From Minisyncoccota bacterium (GTDB lineage Bacteria > Patescibacteriota > Minisyncoccia > JAHIHE01 > JAGLIN01), in NCBI GenBank assembly GCA_028690055.1, contig JAQVBZ010000006.1, positions 392 through 64,391 on the forward strand: a stretch of 64,000 bases of DNA, written 5' to 3'. The notes below the pieces were generated by a model. It was not told the origin of the DNA. It searched no databases and saw only the letters and a list, made by a program, of their open reading frames with translations. This document shows, piece after piece, positions 50,042 to 60,797 of this stretch. A program made the translations under genes and the position numbers. Position 1 is the stretch's first letter, and every line of letters starts with the position of its first letter.

Positions 50042-51046
50042 CTCCTTTCTGTCTTTTTATTTCTTGAAGATAAAATTATCTTGAATATTTTTTTAAAAAT
50101 TCAAAGTAAAAAATCACTTACAATTTAATTATACATCAAAATAAATAATAAACAATATTTTGTCAAGCATTTCTATTATAAAATAAATATTTTTTATTTT
50201 TTTAAAAAATTTATCAAAAATATTTTTCTAGAAAATAGAATTTATCAAAAAACTATTCCACACACTCCGCGGCCGGATTAATTTACAGAAAAATATTCTC
50301 TCTGACATATGCTGTCCTCATCAGCCGCGACAAAAATCACTAAATAATTTATAGGCTAAAACGGCTCTAATAAGCCATTACCTGACTACGAATAACGCAT
50401 CGACTATTATCCATAAAAAAAATAAAGAACCATCATACGACAACTGCGCCGACATTTCAAGTTCCATCTCTAGTAAAATCTTTTATGATGCGTAACCGAG
50501 AAGATTGTCCCTACTTACCGATAAAAATTATCTTTGCCGTATGTTCATTCTGAAAAAAATATCCTTCCGAAAAAACACCGACAACATATTTTAACAATAA
50601 ACATGATTTTATATCTTTTTAATCTAAAAAATATTTTCATTAAATCTTCTGATTCATCATTCCGAATCGAGAAGAAAGATGAATCGCTCTCGTTGATTCG
50701 TTCGTTCCAACCGAATTTTTCGTTTCGATTTCAACTTAATAAACCATAAAACCGAGAAAAAACTCTCGTTCATTGTACGGGTTGCTCCAACGGGCCGATC
50801 TCTAAACCATATGAAAGAAAGATTACATAAAGTTCAGTGAAATATCGTGGCGAGATCGTCGCTTCGTCAGATCGGAACACATAAAATATTGTGCCCCTCA
50901 CGAATCACAATGACATTTTAAGATTTATGTTTCCACGGATATTTGCCTCGTAACTTTCCCAATAACATATCTTTTTTATTTTTTTATTTCATTTACTAGA
51001 CAAAAACACTCTAAAATGTCATTCACCCCCCATTTTTGGCTAAAAC

Positions 51047-51074
51047 TTGCCATTTATTGCCGTTATGGTAAAAT
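51047..51074 (+). promoter_or_regulatory. Candidate extended -10 promoter: TTGCCA, 16-nt spacer, TGgTAAAAT
   Basis: TTGCCA is at 51047-51052, TG at 51066-51067 and TAAAAT at 51069-51074. This is ~70 bp upstream of the GTG start at 51145. A second TTGACA lies at 51106-51111. Confidence 0.4.
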
Positions 51075-51144
51075 TTAAGTAAGAGAAATACGGTTTTTTA
51101 GATATTTGACATTAAAAAATTTAAAAAGAAAGGAGGTGTTTAAA

Positions 51145-51828
51145 GTGCCCGAAGAAGAAATCGAGTCATCAACCTCCGACGAAAAAGGATGGTTGGGAAA
51201 AATCAAGGATAGCATCTATCAGAATTGGCAAACCATACTCGTTGCCCTTATCGTTCTGATAGTAGGAATTAGCGCTTACAACTACAACGAGAATACCGGA
51301 ACAAACTCAACCGAGACGGCTAATCAAGAAGAAGCGGCGGATACTGAGGGAGAAGCGACGGAAGAAGCAAATGCCGAGGAAGAGACAGAGAACCCGGAGG
51401 AAAGTGTTGAAGCTGAAGATAAAGTGGTTGCGGAACAGGAGCAAACTCAGGAAACGACGACTCAAACGACCGAAGAGACTGCACGGCAGACTGAAGAAAC
51501 AAAAATTGAAGAAACAAACACAAATACAACTAATGCAGTGGAAAATATCGATGAAGGTTATAAAGTCGTGGCAGTAAAAGGAGAAGGCATCACGCATCTG
51601 ACGAGAAAAGCCCTCAACCAATATTTGTCAGAAAACAACGACAGCGAACTCACTGCTTCTCATAAAGTATACATCGAAGACTATCTACAGAACCGAATCG
51701 GAAGCCAAGGAATTGAAATAGGCCACGCAGAGGATATTTCCAAAGCATCCATCGAAGAAGCGATTGCCGCTTCAAAAGGACTTTCTCAGAGCTCACTGGA
51801 TAATCTGAAGAAATATACACTAGAATAA
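51145..51828 (+). CDS. Membrane-anchored, highly acidic Glu/Thr-rich hypothetical protein
   Basis: A GTG start has an AGGAGGTG RBS 6 nt upstream. One TM helix (ILVALIVLIVGISAY) is followed by an acidic low-complexity region and a C-terminal globular segment. Confidence 0.55.
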   Translation: MPEEEIESSTSDEKGWLGKIKDSIYQNWQTILVALIVLIVGISAYNYNENTGTNSTETANQEEAADTEGEATEEANAEEETENPEESVEAEDKVVAEQEQTQETTTQTTEETARQTEETKIEETNTNTTNAVENIDEGYKVVAVKGEGITHLTRKALNQYLSENNDSELTASHKVYIEDYLQNRIGSQGIEIGHAEDISKASIEEAIAASKGLSQSSLDNLKKYTLE

Positions 51829-51873
51829 AACACGGCTTAATAAAACGCATTCAAATATCAAAACGCATACGAC

Positions 51874-51940
51874 AAAACCCCGATGATCGGGGTTTTTGTT
51901 ACAAGCAAAAACCCACCGGCGTCAGCCGGTGAGTGCTTTT
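51874..51940 (+). terminator. Two tandem rho-independent terminators
   Basis: The first is AAAACCCCGATGATCGGGGTTTTTGTT at 51874-51900. The second is CCCACCGGCGTCAGCCGGTGAGTGCTTTT at 51913-51940. Confidence 0.65.
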
Positions 51941-52018
51941 AGAGTGATAGCTCTCGGATAAGGACAACGCTATGATCATCTGATCATCATTTCCTTACAT
52001 CAACATAGTCCCGAGACT

Positions 52019-52047
52019 GTGTCATCCTGAACTTGTTTCAGGATTAT
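52019..52047 (+). repeat. R1-variant hairpin arm (GTCATCCTGAACTTGTTTCAGGAT)
   Basis: It is identical in type to the arms at 8500 and 22862. Confidence 0.7.
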
Positions 52048-52386
52048 CTTTGTATTACGCATAAGCAGTATATCGTACAGCATTAACGATACATAACGAA
52101 GATTCCGGATCAAGTCCAGAATAACAGACAGAGAAAACAATATACCATGAACAACAAATACGAAGTTACAGCAAGTATTCAGACCCACAACGAGTAGATT
52201 CTAATCGGTAACCCTTGCTCAAGTGGCGGGCGTAGATTGCCTAACAGATACCCCCGGAGTTTTAGTAGGGGGTATGATCATTTTGATCGTACCATTTCTG
52301 CTATAGTCCAAAATCCAGAATCTGAGACAAAGAAAGAGATGCGATAAATCGCGTCTCTACAAAATACAAATAAAATATTCAAAATG

Positions 52387-53751
52387 TTATCCCCTCAATT
52401 CTTTCTCGTACAAAGAAGTATAATACATCACTTTATCCGGATAGAAGAGAAATCTCCGCCAATTGCCACCCGCCAGATACCTGCCTGCCGCCTCATATTC
52501 GGCGTTATAATCACCCGCCGTCACACCTTCTATTTGAGAAAGCTTGATAGCCATCGCAGCAATCGAGTCAGTCAGTGCCCAAGGATCAGCCGGAGAAGTC
52601 TTGGTGATGGCCGAGACCCGTTCACAATAACCTATCCAAGTAGTCGGCATCATCTGCGCCGGCCCCATAGCTCCTCCCCACCCGGAATAAGCCGAGGGTT
52701 TCCTGCTCACTGGCATAACATTGGGGTCATATCCCAATTCTTGCGTAATCGCTTCAAAAGTCGGCCGCTGGCTGGGATTCATATCCTCAGTATAGGTCCC
52801 TCCGCCCACGTTAGTTCCCAGCCCCGACTCCACCCTCAGCACACCAAGCAAGAAAGCGGGGCGTACCCCTGTCACCTCACCCACATACTGGGCAGCCGAA
52901 ATCGCATCGTCGAATTGGATATTACTGCCTAAACTCTGCAAATCACGCAATTCCGAACGCAATGACGGCAGCAGACTACGATTCTGAGCCACTAACGCTT
53001 GATATTTATCTTCCTCGCCACTCGTAATCTCCAACATCTCGTTCTTTTGCGCTTTCAAATTTTCCAATGAGGTATTCTGTTCATAGCGCATACTGATCAG
53101 ATTCTCATAAGTCTGCTGGTCTTCCTCCAGTGCCTGATTTCGATTATCCAAACTTTCCTTCTTTTGCTTTAATTCAATGACCGTCGCTAAAACCTTGTCC
53201 TGCACCGCTTTCACCGCACTGATTTCATTGAAGAAATCAGAGATGCTCTCCCTAGTTATCAATACTTCCAGTAAAGAATCGTCCTGATGAGAATAAAGAT
53301 TCTGCAAAAAACTCTTGAGAGCCGCCTTGTTTTCATCAATCCTTACCCGATCCTCCTCTATCTGGTTCTGCGCTCCTTCCATCTCCATCTCCGCACTTTC
53401 TATATTGAGTTTGGTCTCTCGGATTTCAAGCTGATTCTGCAAGATGTTGTTGTCAAAAATCGCGATTTCATTCTCCAGTGTATTGCCTTCCGTCCGCTTT
53501 GCCTTGCTGTCTGCCTGATACTTGGCAATATCGGCCTGAATCTTACTTATTTCCTCCTTTTTCTGATTAATCAGCTCCTGATTCGGAGCTGCTGCCGGAG
53601 TGGAGGCGAGAACAGAAGTGCCATTATCCTCAGCTTGGGACGTATTTCCACAAATTAGGAAGGATAAAAAACCAAAAAACAGAAAACCGCACAGCCACCC
53701 GGCCTTGCGGTTTTTGTTATATACGAACGATGTTTTATGGACAAAATTCAT
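52387..53751 (-). CDS. Secreted coiled-coil protein with C-terminal lytic transglycosylase (SLT) domain
   Basis: A signal peptide is followed by ~250 aa of heptad-rich coiled coil. The SLT catalytic region reads LRVESGLG...SGWGGAMGPAQMMPTTW. Confidence 0.65.
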   Translation of the reverse strand: MNFVHKTSFVYNKNRKAGWLCGFLFFGFLSFLICGNTSQAEDNGTSVLASTPAAAPNQELINQKKEEISKIQADIAKYQADSKAKRTEGNTLENEIAIFDNNILQNQLEIRETKLNIESAEMEMEGAQNQIEEDRVRIDENKAALKSFLQNLYSHQDDSLLEVLITRESISDFFNEISAVKAVQDKVLATVIELKQKKESLDNRNQALEEDQQTYENLISMRYEQNTSLENLKAQKNEMLEITSGEEDKYQALVAQNRSLLPSLRSELRDLQSLGSNIQFDDAISAAQYVGEVTGVRPAFLLGVLRVESGLGTNVGGGTYTEDMNPSQRPTFEAITQELGYDPNVMPVSRKPSAYSGWGGAMGPAQMMPTTWIGYCERVSAITKTSPADPWALTDSIAAMAIKLSQIEGVTAGDYNAEYEAAGRYLAGGNWRRFLFYPDKVMYYTSLYEKELRG

Positions 53752-53785
53752 ATTTGTTTTTTCTCCTAAGAATTATCTCTACTTT

Positions 53786-54460
53786 TTATTTTTTCTCTGC
53801 TTTCTTCTCTGTGGCTGGAACTTCCTCTTCTTCCTTTACGGCACCTTCCACCTTACTGACGTTCTCTTCCGGCTTCTCTTCCAAATCTTCCATCTCCTCG
53901 TCGCTACGTTGAGGAACGACGCTCACAATCACATTTTCTTCTTCATCGAGAATTTCAACCTTGTCCGACAGAACCAAATCTTTTACTCTGATCATATCGT
54001 CAAGATGTTCAAGTTTACCCAAGTCGATTTCAATTTCTTGGATAAGGTCCTTAGGAAGGCATTTGATTTCCAACATATCCATGCTCTTCACCAGAATTCC
54101 ACCTTCATTCTTCTCAGCAGATGACTCACCGATGAAAACCAAATCCACATTCACGATCAACTTCTCAGTCATCTTGATTTTGTGAAAATCGAAATGGGTA
54201 ATTGCTCCGGTAAGCGGATCCACTTGATAGTCTTTGATAACCACGTTTCCGATTTCCTTGTCACCGATTTTGAGATCGATCAAGGTACTTTCTCCGGCTT
54301 CGTTCAGTGTGTTCAAAAATTCCTTTCTGCCCACCTTTATTGAAATGTTCTCAAAACCATGTCCATAGACTACGCCTGGAATAGAACCTTCCTCCAATAT
54401 CTTTTTTGCACTTGTTTCTTCCGCATTCCTGTTCTCTGCAGTAATTACCAACTTTTCCAT
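53786..54460 (-). CDS. rplY: Ribosomal protein L25 / general stress protein Ctc, with acidic C-terminal extension
   Basis: The N-terminal L25 fold (VITAENRNAEETSAKKILEEGSIPGVVYG) and the C-terminal Ctc-type beta-barrel are present. Confidence 0.8.
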   Translation of the reverse strand: MEKLVITAENRNAEETSAKKILEEGSIPGVVYGHGFENISIKVGRKEFLNTLNEAGESTLIDLKIGDKEIGNVVIKDYQVDPLTGAITHFDFHKIKMTEKLIVNVDLVFIGESSAEKNEGGILVKSMDMLEIKCLPKDLIQEIEIDLGKLEHLDDMIRVKDLVLSDKVEILDEEENVIVSVVPQRSDEEMEDLEEKPEENVSKVEGAVKEEEEVPATEKKAEKK

Positions 54461-54476
54461 AATTATATATTATATT

Positions 54477-54788
54477 TTAATTATCCTTTAGAAATTTATA
54501 CATCTCCAGCACGTCGTCACAACTGACCGCATCGCTACTGTTTATCTTCTCAAAATCTTCCTCAGTGATATCCGTCGGAATACTGATAGAAGTCACCCCC
54601 ATCGGCCCGGCCATCAGGAGCATCACCACCGAGCTTTTGCAGTGGCTGCAGTTCAGATAGATAGACAAAGACCCGTCATTCTTGTTTATGACTTTTATAT
54701 CGTCTTTTTTGTAACTTGCGCTGCACATCGGACATTTGGTCATTATTTGCAAGTTAGGCACAGAATTGGACTTTGACATAGCTTTCAA
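54477..54788 (-). CDS. Zinc-ribbon hypothetical protein (103 aa)
   Basis: CPMC...CSHC pairs are present (CPMCSASYKKDDIKVINKNDGSLSIYLNCSHC). Confidence 0.4.
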   Translation of the reverse strand: MKAMSKSNSVPNLQIMTKCPMCSASYKKDDIKVINKNDGSLSIYLNCSHCKSSVVMLLMAGPMGVTSISIPTDITEEDFEKINSSDAVSCDDVLEMYKFLKDN

Positions 54789-55093
54789 ATTAGATAAATC
54801 AATGCTCTTTCTTCAATCTTGGGCTTAAGAAAGCCATTTATCGTTATCAGTGTGATACATAACATAATTCATATTATAGCATCCGAGACCCCCTGTCAAG
54901 AAAGAAGTCGGGGTGTATTGACCTTCCGAGCGGCTTATATTATAATTATTTTTTGTGCAAGAGGTGACGGAAACTCAATAATGTTTATCCGCCGCACAAA
55001 AAAAGAGAAAGATAAACAAAAATATAAAGGACAAAACCGGGAGGGAACGACCCGTGTTTTTGTTTACATTTTTTCGCAAAAATAAGCAAATGC

Positions 55094-55199
55094 AGGAGTT
55101 GCAGGTTTTAACTTGCGCGATTGTCACAAGCCGATAAATGCGACGTATAATTACCCCGCGCGCGCGTAGGATAGCAGCGCAGGTTAAAACCTGCTACTC
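55094..55199 (-). repeat. R2 element copy D
   Basis: Its reverse complement begins GGAGTAGCAGGTTTTAACCTGCGCTGCTATCC and ends ...GCAAGTTAAAACCTGCAACTCC. It has the same hairpin and GATAAATGCG architecture as the other R2 copies. Confidence 0.8.
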
Positions 55200-55221
55200 C
55201 GCTTAAGGTACGGTTTTCCTC

Positions 55222-56526
55222 CTAAGAATGAGGTTTATTACCTTTCAATAATTCCCTCGCCACTTCCCTGTCGTCCCAAGGGATTTTTTTATCGCCAAAA
55301 ATCATAAATTGCTCACACCCCTTACCGGTAATGATGACTAAATCACCCGGGCGCGCCAACTCAAAAGCTTTACGCATCGCTTCTTTGCGATCTGTTATAC
55401 GGAAAAGATTTTCATCAAGTTTCTTATTCCTGATACCCGACATCATCTGATCGATAATATCTTCCACTTCCTCACTATACGGATCTTCATTGGTCACAAT
55501 CACGATATCGGCAAATTTATCCGCCAGCTCTCCGCCACGCGCTCGATAAGTCTTATCCCTGTCACCGGTCCCGCCCAGCACCGCAATCATTTTGCCTTTG
55601 GCGCGAGGGCGAAGTACGCTATAAACATTCTGCAAAGACTCCGGAGAATGAGCATAATCCACAATCACCTCGAAATCCTGCCCCTCGTCTATTTTTTCCA
55701 TCCGGCCGGGGATACCCCCTATCACTGCCAAATTTTTCACGATATCTTCCACAGGCACTCCCTCGGCCTGACAAGCCAGAATGGCCCCCAGTGCGTTATA
55801 GACGTTGAATTCACCCAGAAGCGGCAGGGTGACTTGATATTTATTTTCATGCATCAAGAGATCAAAAGATGAACCCGCCTCCCCGAGTTTAACATTTTCA
55901 GCACGAACCAAATCCATACCATCAAGATGTGAAATATCTTTGAGAGTGAAAACGATCTTCCTCAGGTCCCCCTTAAGAACCAAAAGCTCATGCGTATTAG
56001 GCTCGTCATAATTTATGATAAGATTTTTTGTGCCTTCTCCTATCAAACCGTAATGCGAACTTTTATAATTCTCGAAAGTTTTATGATAGTCAAGATGGTC
56101 GCTGGTAAGGTTGGTAACAATTACCGTCTGGAAATTGATCCCCCAATAACGTGACTGAACCATACCATGCGAAGACGCTTCCAAAATCGCATACTCGCAA
56201 CCGGCTTCCACGGCTTTATCCAGAAAATCTTGCACATAAGCCGCCGAAGGTGTCGTCAGTTTCACATCATTGAGCCATTTCTTCTTATCGATTTGGAAAT
56301 TGGCAGTAGAAAGCATCGCAACCTTATGCCCGCTGCCCTCTAGGATGCGCGCAATCATATTGGTTGTAGTGGTTTTGCCCTTGGTGCCGGCAACCGCGAT
56401 AATCTTGAGCTTGCGTGACGGAAAACCATACTTGTAGCTCGCATAAATCGCTTTAGCCTTATGGACAGAAAGAATGAGAGAATAAGGCACGATTTTTTTT
56501 GCAGCGCTCTTGATTTTATACATCAT
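55222..56526 (-). CDS. Mur ligase family protein (MurE-like DYAH motif, unusually short N-terminus)
   Basis: The P-loop AVAGTKGKTTTTNMI sits at residue ~45 and the DYAHSPESL motif is present, 434 aa in all. The ~100-aa N-terminal domain of canonical MurE/MurF is missing. Confidence 0.65.
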   Translation of the reverse strand: MMYKIKSAAKKIVPYSLILSVHKAKAIYASYKYGFPSRKLKIIAVAGTKGKTTTTNMIARILEGSGHKVAMLSTANFQIDKKKWLNDVKLTTPSAAYVQDFLDKAVEAGCEYAILEASSHGMVQSRYWGINFQTVIVTNLTSDHLDYHKTFENYKSSHYGLIGEGTKNLIINYDEPNTHELLVLKGDLRKIVFTLKDISHLDGMDLVRAENVKLGEAGSSFDLLMHENKYQVTLPLLGEFNVYNALGAILACQAEGVPVEDIVKNLAVIGGIPGRMEKIDEGQDFEVIVDYAHSPESLQNVYSVLRPRAKGKMIAVLGGTGDRDKTYRARGGELADKFADIVIVTNEDPYSEEVEDIIDQMMSGIRNKKLDENLFRITDRKEAMRKAFELARPGDLVIITGKGCEQFMIFGDKKIPWDDREVARELLKGNKPHS

Positions 56527-56530
56527 AATC

Positions 56531-59212
56531 TTATTTATTATATTTACCCTCTTTAATGAATATATATTTAATAGCCTCTATCATCAATACCGTAAAGAAG
56601 CCCGCGGTCACGATCACTTCCCATTCGCCGAGTCCCAAAGCCTTAGTTTCCAAGATGTTCTGAAAGAAAGGGACATAGATTGCGACTAACTGCAAAGAGA
56701 AGGCTAGTGCCAACGCCACAATCAAGTATGGATTGGAGAAAGGATTCTGTTTGAAAATAGAACGGCGCAACGAACGTAGGCTGAATACATAAATCAGAGA
56801 ATCAACAGCCAAGAGGGAAAATACGACGGAGCTGGCCAGACGGAAATCGCCGGTAGAGGAGTTTATATATTCGAAGATGATTAGCGCGACAACGCCGGAT
56901 ATCATACTGATGACAATCACAAGTGTTTTCATCTCGGTATTAAGCAATGGCTCGTTCTTCTTGCGCGGTTTTTGTTGCATCACGCCTTCCTCCTCGGGTT
57001 CCTGTGTCAGAGCGACATTCGGCAAACCATCGGTAATCAGATTAATCCATAATATCTGCGCCGCCGTGAGTGGCATCGCCGTTCCTATCAAAAGACTGCC
57101 CCCCACGATAATGACTTCGCTGAAACTGTCCGAAATAAGATATAAAACTACTTTTCTGATATTATCAAAGATGGCCCTACCCTGTCGGATGGCGACAATG
57201 ATGGTTTTAAAATTATCATCCAGTAGCACAAGGTTGGCCGTCTCTTTGGCGACTTCCGTGCCGCTGCCAAGCGCGATACCGATATCAGCTTTCTTGAGAG
57301 CCGGTGCATCATTCACCCCGTCTCCCGTCATTGCCACCACTTCACCGCGCGTCTGCCAAGCCTCCACGATACGCAGCTTGTGTCGCGGTGAAACGCGGGC
57401 ATAGACTTTGATTCTTGATACGATGCTACTAAAATCCTTAGTACTCATACGATCCAGCTCCACCCCCTCAAGAATATTTTCTTTCTCTACCTTCATTCCC
57501 AGTTCATTGGCAATCGCCTTGGCGGTCAAGGGATTATCCCCCGTAATCATAATTGTCCGGATACCCGCCTCTTTAGCTGTATCCAATGTGGATTTGGCTT
57601 CTTCGCGAAGTGGATCCTTGAGTGCGATCAGACCTACCAAAACCAAATTATTCACGATATCTTCTTCATTGCTCTCTTTGCAGAGCGGAACCATTTTTTT
57701 GTCCGTTTTACGGAAGGCCACACCCAAGACCCGCAACCCCTCTCTACTCATATCCTCCTGTTTCTGTCGCATCCGTCGCAGATCGTCTTCGTTCATTTCT
57801 CTCGTTTTTCCCTTAACAAAAATGTGTCGCGAACGATTGATGATTTCTTCCGCCGCGCCTTTTACGTAGATATAATATTCTTCGCCCTCTTTATTGAGAG
57901 TCGCCATCAATTTCCGGTCCGAGCTGAAGGGAATTTCGTTGATCCTCACAGACTCTTTCTTAAGGGTTATCGGAGAGAAACCCGCACAAAGACCCGCCCA
58001 CAAGAACGCTTTCTCTGTATATTCTCCGTGAATAACCCAGTCTTCGAATCCCGCCGCAGGATTTTCTATTACCGCGTCGTTACAGAGCATCCCTATTCTA
58101 AGAGCAACCATATGCTCCCCCTCTTCTTCGATTTTCTTTTTCCTGACACCCTTGCTGTTATTATTTACAACAAAGAAGGAATCCAACATCACGATATGAT
58201 CGATTTGCATAGTACCTTTGGTCAGTGTCCCCGTCTTGTCGGTGCAGATAGTACTCACACTCCCCAGAGTCTCCGCCGCCACCAGCTTGCGGACCAATGA
58301 ACCGTTCTTTAAAATCCGCTGCATCCCGACTGCCAGAATAATAGTCACTGCCACTAGCATCCCTTCCGGAATGGCAGCTACTGCCATAGCTACGGCCGTC
58401 GTGAAAATCTCCAAGAAAGGAATGCCGCGAAACAGCCCTATTGCCATAACAACGATTAAAATCACAAGAGTAACCTTGCCGAAATATTTGCTGAACTTTG
58501 TAAGCTCTATTTGTAAGGGGGTATCAGCATCCTCAGTCTTATCCAGTAAATCGGCAATCTGTCCGAATTTGGTGTTGAGGGCTATATTAGTGATTACCGC
58601 CAGCCCGCGGCCTTTCACGACGGAAGAACCCATATATATCATATTTCTCTTACTTTCCCCTTCTTGATCCAACCCTTTGACAATCTTTTGGATAGGCGCT
58701 GATTCCCCTGTTAAAACCGCCTCGTCTATTTCCATCTCATAAGTTTCCAATACTCTTCCGTCTGCCGGTACCCGTCCGCCGGATTTGAGTACGACGATAT
58801 CTCCTACGGTAACGTCCGTCGTATCAATCTCTTTCTCGATACCGTCACGGATGACATAGGTCTTGTGCGCCACGACACTGCTGAGCGCCGCGAGCGCCGT
58901 CTCGGCCTTAACTTCCTGGACAAAACCCACGATGGTATTGAGAAAAACTGCGAATAGAATTACCCAAACATCAATATATTCCCTAAGTAAAAATGAAATC
59001 ATCGCAGCAATGAGTAGGATGTAAACCATCGGGCTCTTGAATTGCGACAGCGCTACCCCCAGATAGGTAAAACTTTTCTTTTCCGGCAATTTGTTTTTTC
59101 CGAATTTAGCGATTCTTTTTTGCGCTTCCTTTTCCGAAAGCCCTGTTTTGGAAGTTTTTAGCTCCTTGACCACTTCCTGCATACTTAAACTATGCCAATC
59201 TTTGTTTTGCAT
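56531..59212 (-). CDS. P-type cation-transporting ATPase, P2-type (Ca2+/Mg2+-like)
   Basis: The phosphorylation site ICTDKTGTLT, the MITGDNPLTA loop, the GDGVNDAPALKKADIGIA hinge and ~10 TM helices are present. A promoter-like TTCACA, 17-nt spacer, TATAAT lies just upstream on the minus strand. Confidence 0.9.
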   Translation of the reverse strand: MQNKDWHSLSMQEVVKELKTSKTGLSEKEAQKRIAKFGKNKLPEKKSFTYLGVALSQFKSPMVYILLIAAMISFLLREYIDVWVILFAVFLNTIVGFVQEVKAETALAALSSVVAHKTYVIRDGIEKEIDTTDVTVGDIVVLKSGGRVPADGRVLETYEMEIDEAVLTGESAPIQKIVKGLDQEGESKRNMIYMGSSVVKGRGLAVITNIALNTKFGQIADLLDKTEDADTPLQIELTKFSKYFGKVTLVILIVVMAIGLFRGIPFLEIFTTAVAMAVAAIPEGMLVAVTIILAVGMQRILKNGSLVRKLVAAETLGSVSTICTDKTGTLTKGTMQIDHIVMLDSFFVVNNNSKGVRKKKIEEEGEHMVALRIGMLCNDAVIENPAAGFEDWVIHGEYTEKAFLWAGLCAGFSPITLKKESVRINEIPFSSDRKLMATLNKEGEEYYIYVKGAAEEIINRSRHIFVKGKTREMNEDDLRRMRQKQEDMSREGLRVLGVAFRKTDKKMVPLCKESNEEDIVNNLVLVGLIALKDPLREEAKSTLDTAKEAGIRTIMITGDNPLTAKAIANELGMKVEKENILEGVELDRMSTKDFSSIVSRIKVYARVSPRHKLRIVEAWQTRGEVVAMTGDGVNDAPALKKADIGIALGSGTEVAKETANLVLLDDNFKTIIVAIRQGRAIFDNIRKVVLYLISDSFSEVIIVGGSLLIGTAMPLTAAQILWINLITDGLPNVALTQEPEEEGVMQQKPRKKNEPLLNTEMKTLVIVISMISGVVALIIFEYINSSTGDFRLASSVVFSLLAVDSLIYVFSLRSLRRSIFKQNPFSNPYLIVALALAFSLQLVAIYVPFFQNILETKALGLGEWEVIVTAGFFTVLMIEAIKYIFIKEGKYNK

Positions 59213-59713
59213 TTTTTATTCTTATAGTTAGCCTGTTTTCATATTAATTATAAGGGATAATGCGATAATTGTGAAATTTAGAAAACACAAACCCTCCGAA
59301 TTGAGAGAAAAAGACACAAAATATTGTGCCCTTACCCAGCCCTCTCTTTCTTTGTCTGTCATAAGGACAGTCCTTACAGTACCAAAAGGACCGTCCTTCC
59401 TGTATCTTATTAGTCTATCTCTCTGTATTATGCAAAGATAAGAATCGAAAGCATCGCTTCCCGTAGAGACGCAATATTTTGCGTCTTTGATTTTACAGCA
59501 ATGCAATATCTTACTTCTCCGATTTACACCAAAAAAAGGTTTACTCGCATTCAAAAGACACATAATTATGCGTCCCTACAAATCTAAAACGTCATGGAAA
59601 CGATCCAAAGACCGATTTTGTTAACATTAAAAGGATAGTGCTAAATTCAAAACCCAAAGCCCCTTTCCCCGTGGAAAGGCAGTCATTCTCCGGAAGTACT
59701 AAAAATATATTTA

Positions 59714-60472
59714 TTATGTTTTTCTTCTCCTTATTTCCCATCCTCTCCAAGTATATAAAATTAAAGATATGAGGACGCACCAGGAAAGTACCCACTGTGT
59801 CGCAGTCATACCGTAAAATCGCACATCGCAAACACTCAAATCATCGCACCGCAAGAAATCGACGCCCAGACGGAAAACCGCGTATGCTATAAAAAAGGTC
59901 ATAAAAATATATCCATCGCGCTTCGGTTTCGCTTTCAATTTATATACCGCACCTAGCATAAATATCAGAAATATTATCTCATAGAGCGTGACCGGATGGC
60001 GGAAACTGCCATCCGCAAACTCCATTCCCCAGGGCAGCGTAGTAATCCGACCGATGTGATCACTGATCAGAAAACATCCGACGCGCGTAGAGATAAGCGC
60101 AACGATAAAGCCGGGGGCCAGAAGGTCAAAAACTTTTCTAAAATCTTGTTTCTTGCTTTTCAAATAAAACAAGCTCAAAGTTCCAGCCAGAATTGCGCCG
60201 CCTGTGAAAGAAAAACCACCATGGACATCGATCAAGACCGCAAGATTTTTTCCCGGATTCGAAAGAATATAAAAAATCCGCCCGCCCACAATCATCCCCA
60301 AAAAAGCCAGGATAATCACGTCCCAGATTACTTCATCGGAAATATCAGCTTTGTGCGCCTCCTTCAGAGAGACTGTCAGAGCTGCGAAAACACCGACAGC
60401 GACAAAAAAACCCCAGACTTGTATAGTGATAGCGCCTATGACAATAGAGCTTAGCGAAAGATAGGGAAACAT
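59714..60472 (-). CDS. lgt: Prolipoprotein diacylglyceryl transferase
   Basis: The Lgt signature (GGRIFY) is present in a 252-aa polytopic membrane protein. Confidence 0.85.
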   Translation of the reverse strand: MFPYLSLSSIVIGAITIQVWGFFVAVGVFAALTVSLKEAHKADISDEVIWDVIILAFLGMIVGGRIFYILSNPGKNLAVLIDVHGGFSFTGGAILAGTLSLFYLKSKKQDFRKVFDLLAPGFIVALISTRVGCFLISDHIGRITTLPWGMEFADGSFRHPVTLYEIIFLIFMLGAVYKLKAKPKRDGYIFMTFFIAYAVFRLGVDFLRCDDLSVCDVRFYGMTATQWVLSWCVLISLILYTWRGWEIRRRKT

Positions 60473-60797
60473 AAATATTTGACAAATTATAAAATTATGT
60501 TAAAGTCATACTCAAGTCAAGGGAGATGGCATTATGGTAAAAAGTAATAATATCAAAATAGACATAAAAAGAGCAGCGGCTCTCATAAGATACTTTGGGG
60601 TAACTACCTCAAGAGTACTGGTTCAGATTGCAGAAGAGGGATATCCCGCCAAGCTAACCGTCGTAATAGGAATCAGATCGTTTCGTATCCGTCTGGTAGC
60701 ATCTCCAGCCGGAGAAAAAATATACTCAATAAAAAGAGAGGGTACAGGCAGAAGCATAAGCGTAGGTATCTTAACCTCTTCTCCACTAAAAAACAAT

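Noticed and set aside
49706-50128. 140-aa and 79-aa plus-strand ORFs rich in Leu/Phe/Ser
   Set aside because: They are antisense translations of the KKAA-repeat histone-like gene. The sense gene has a strong RBS and terminator.
59228-59563. 111-aa minus-strand ORF between the P-type ATPase and lgt
   Set aside because: It has no RBS, a Cys/Arg-rich odd composition, and overlaps the promoter region of the ATPase gene.
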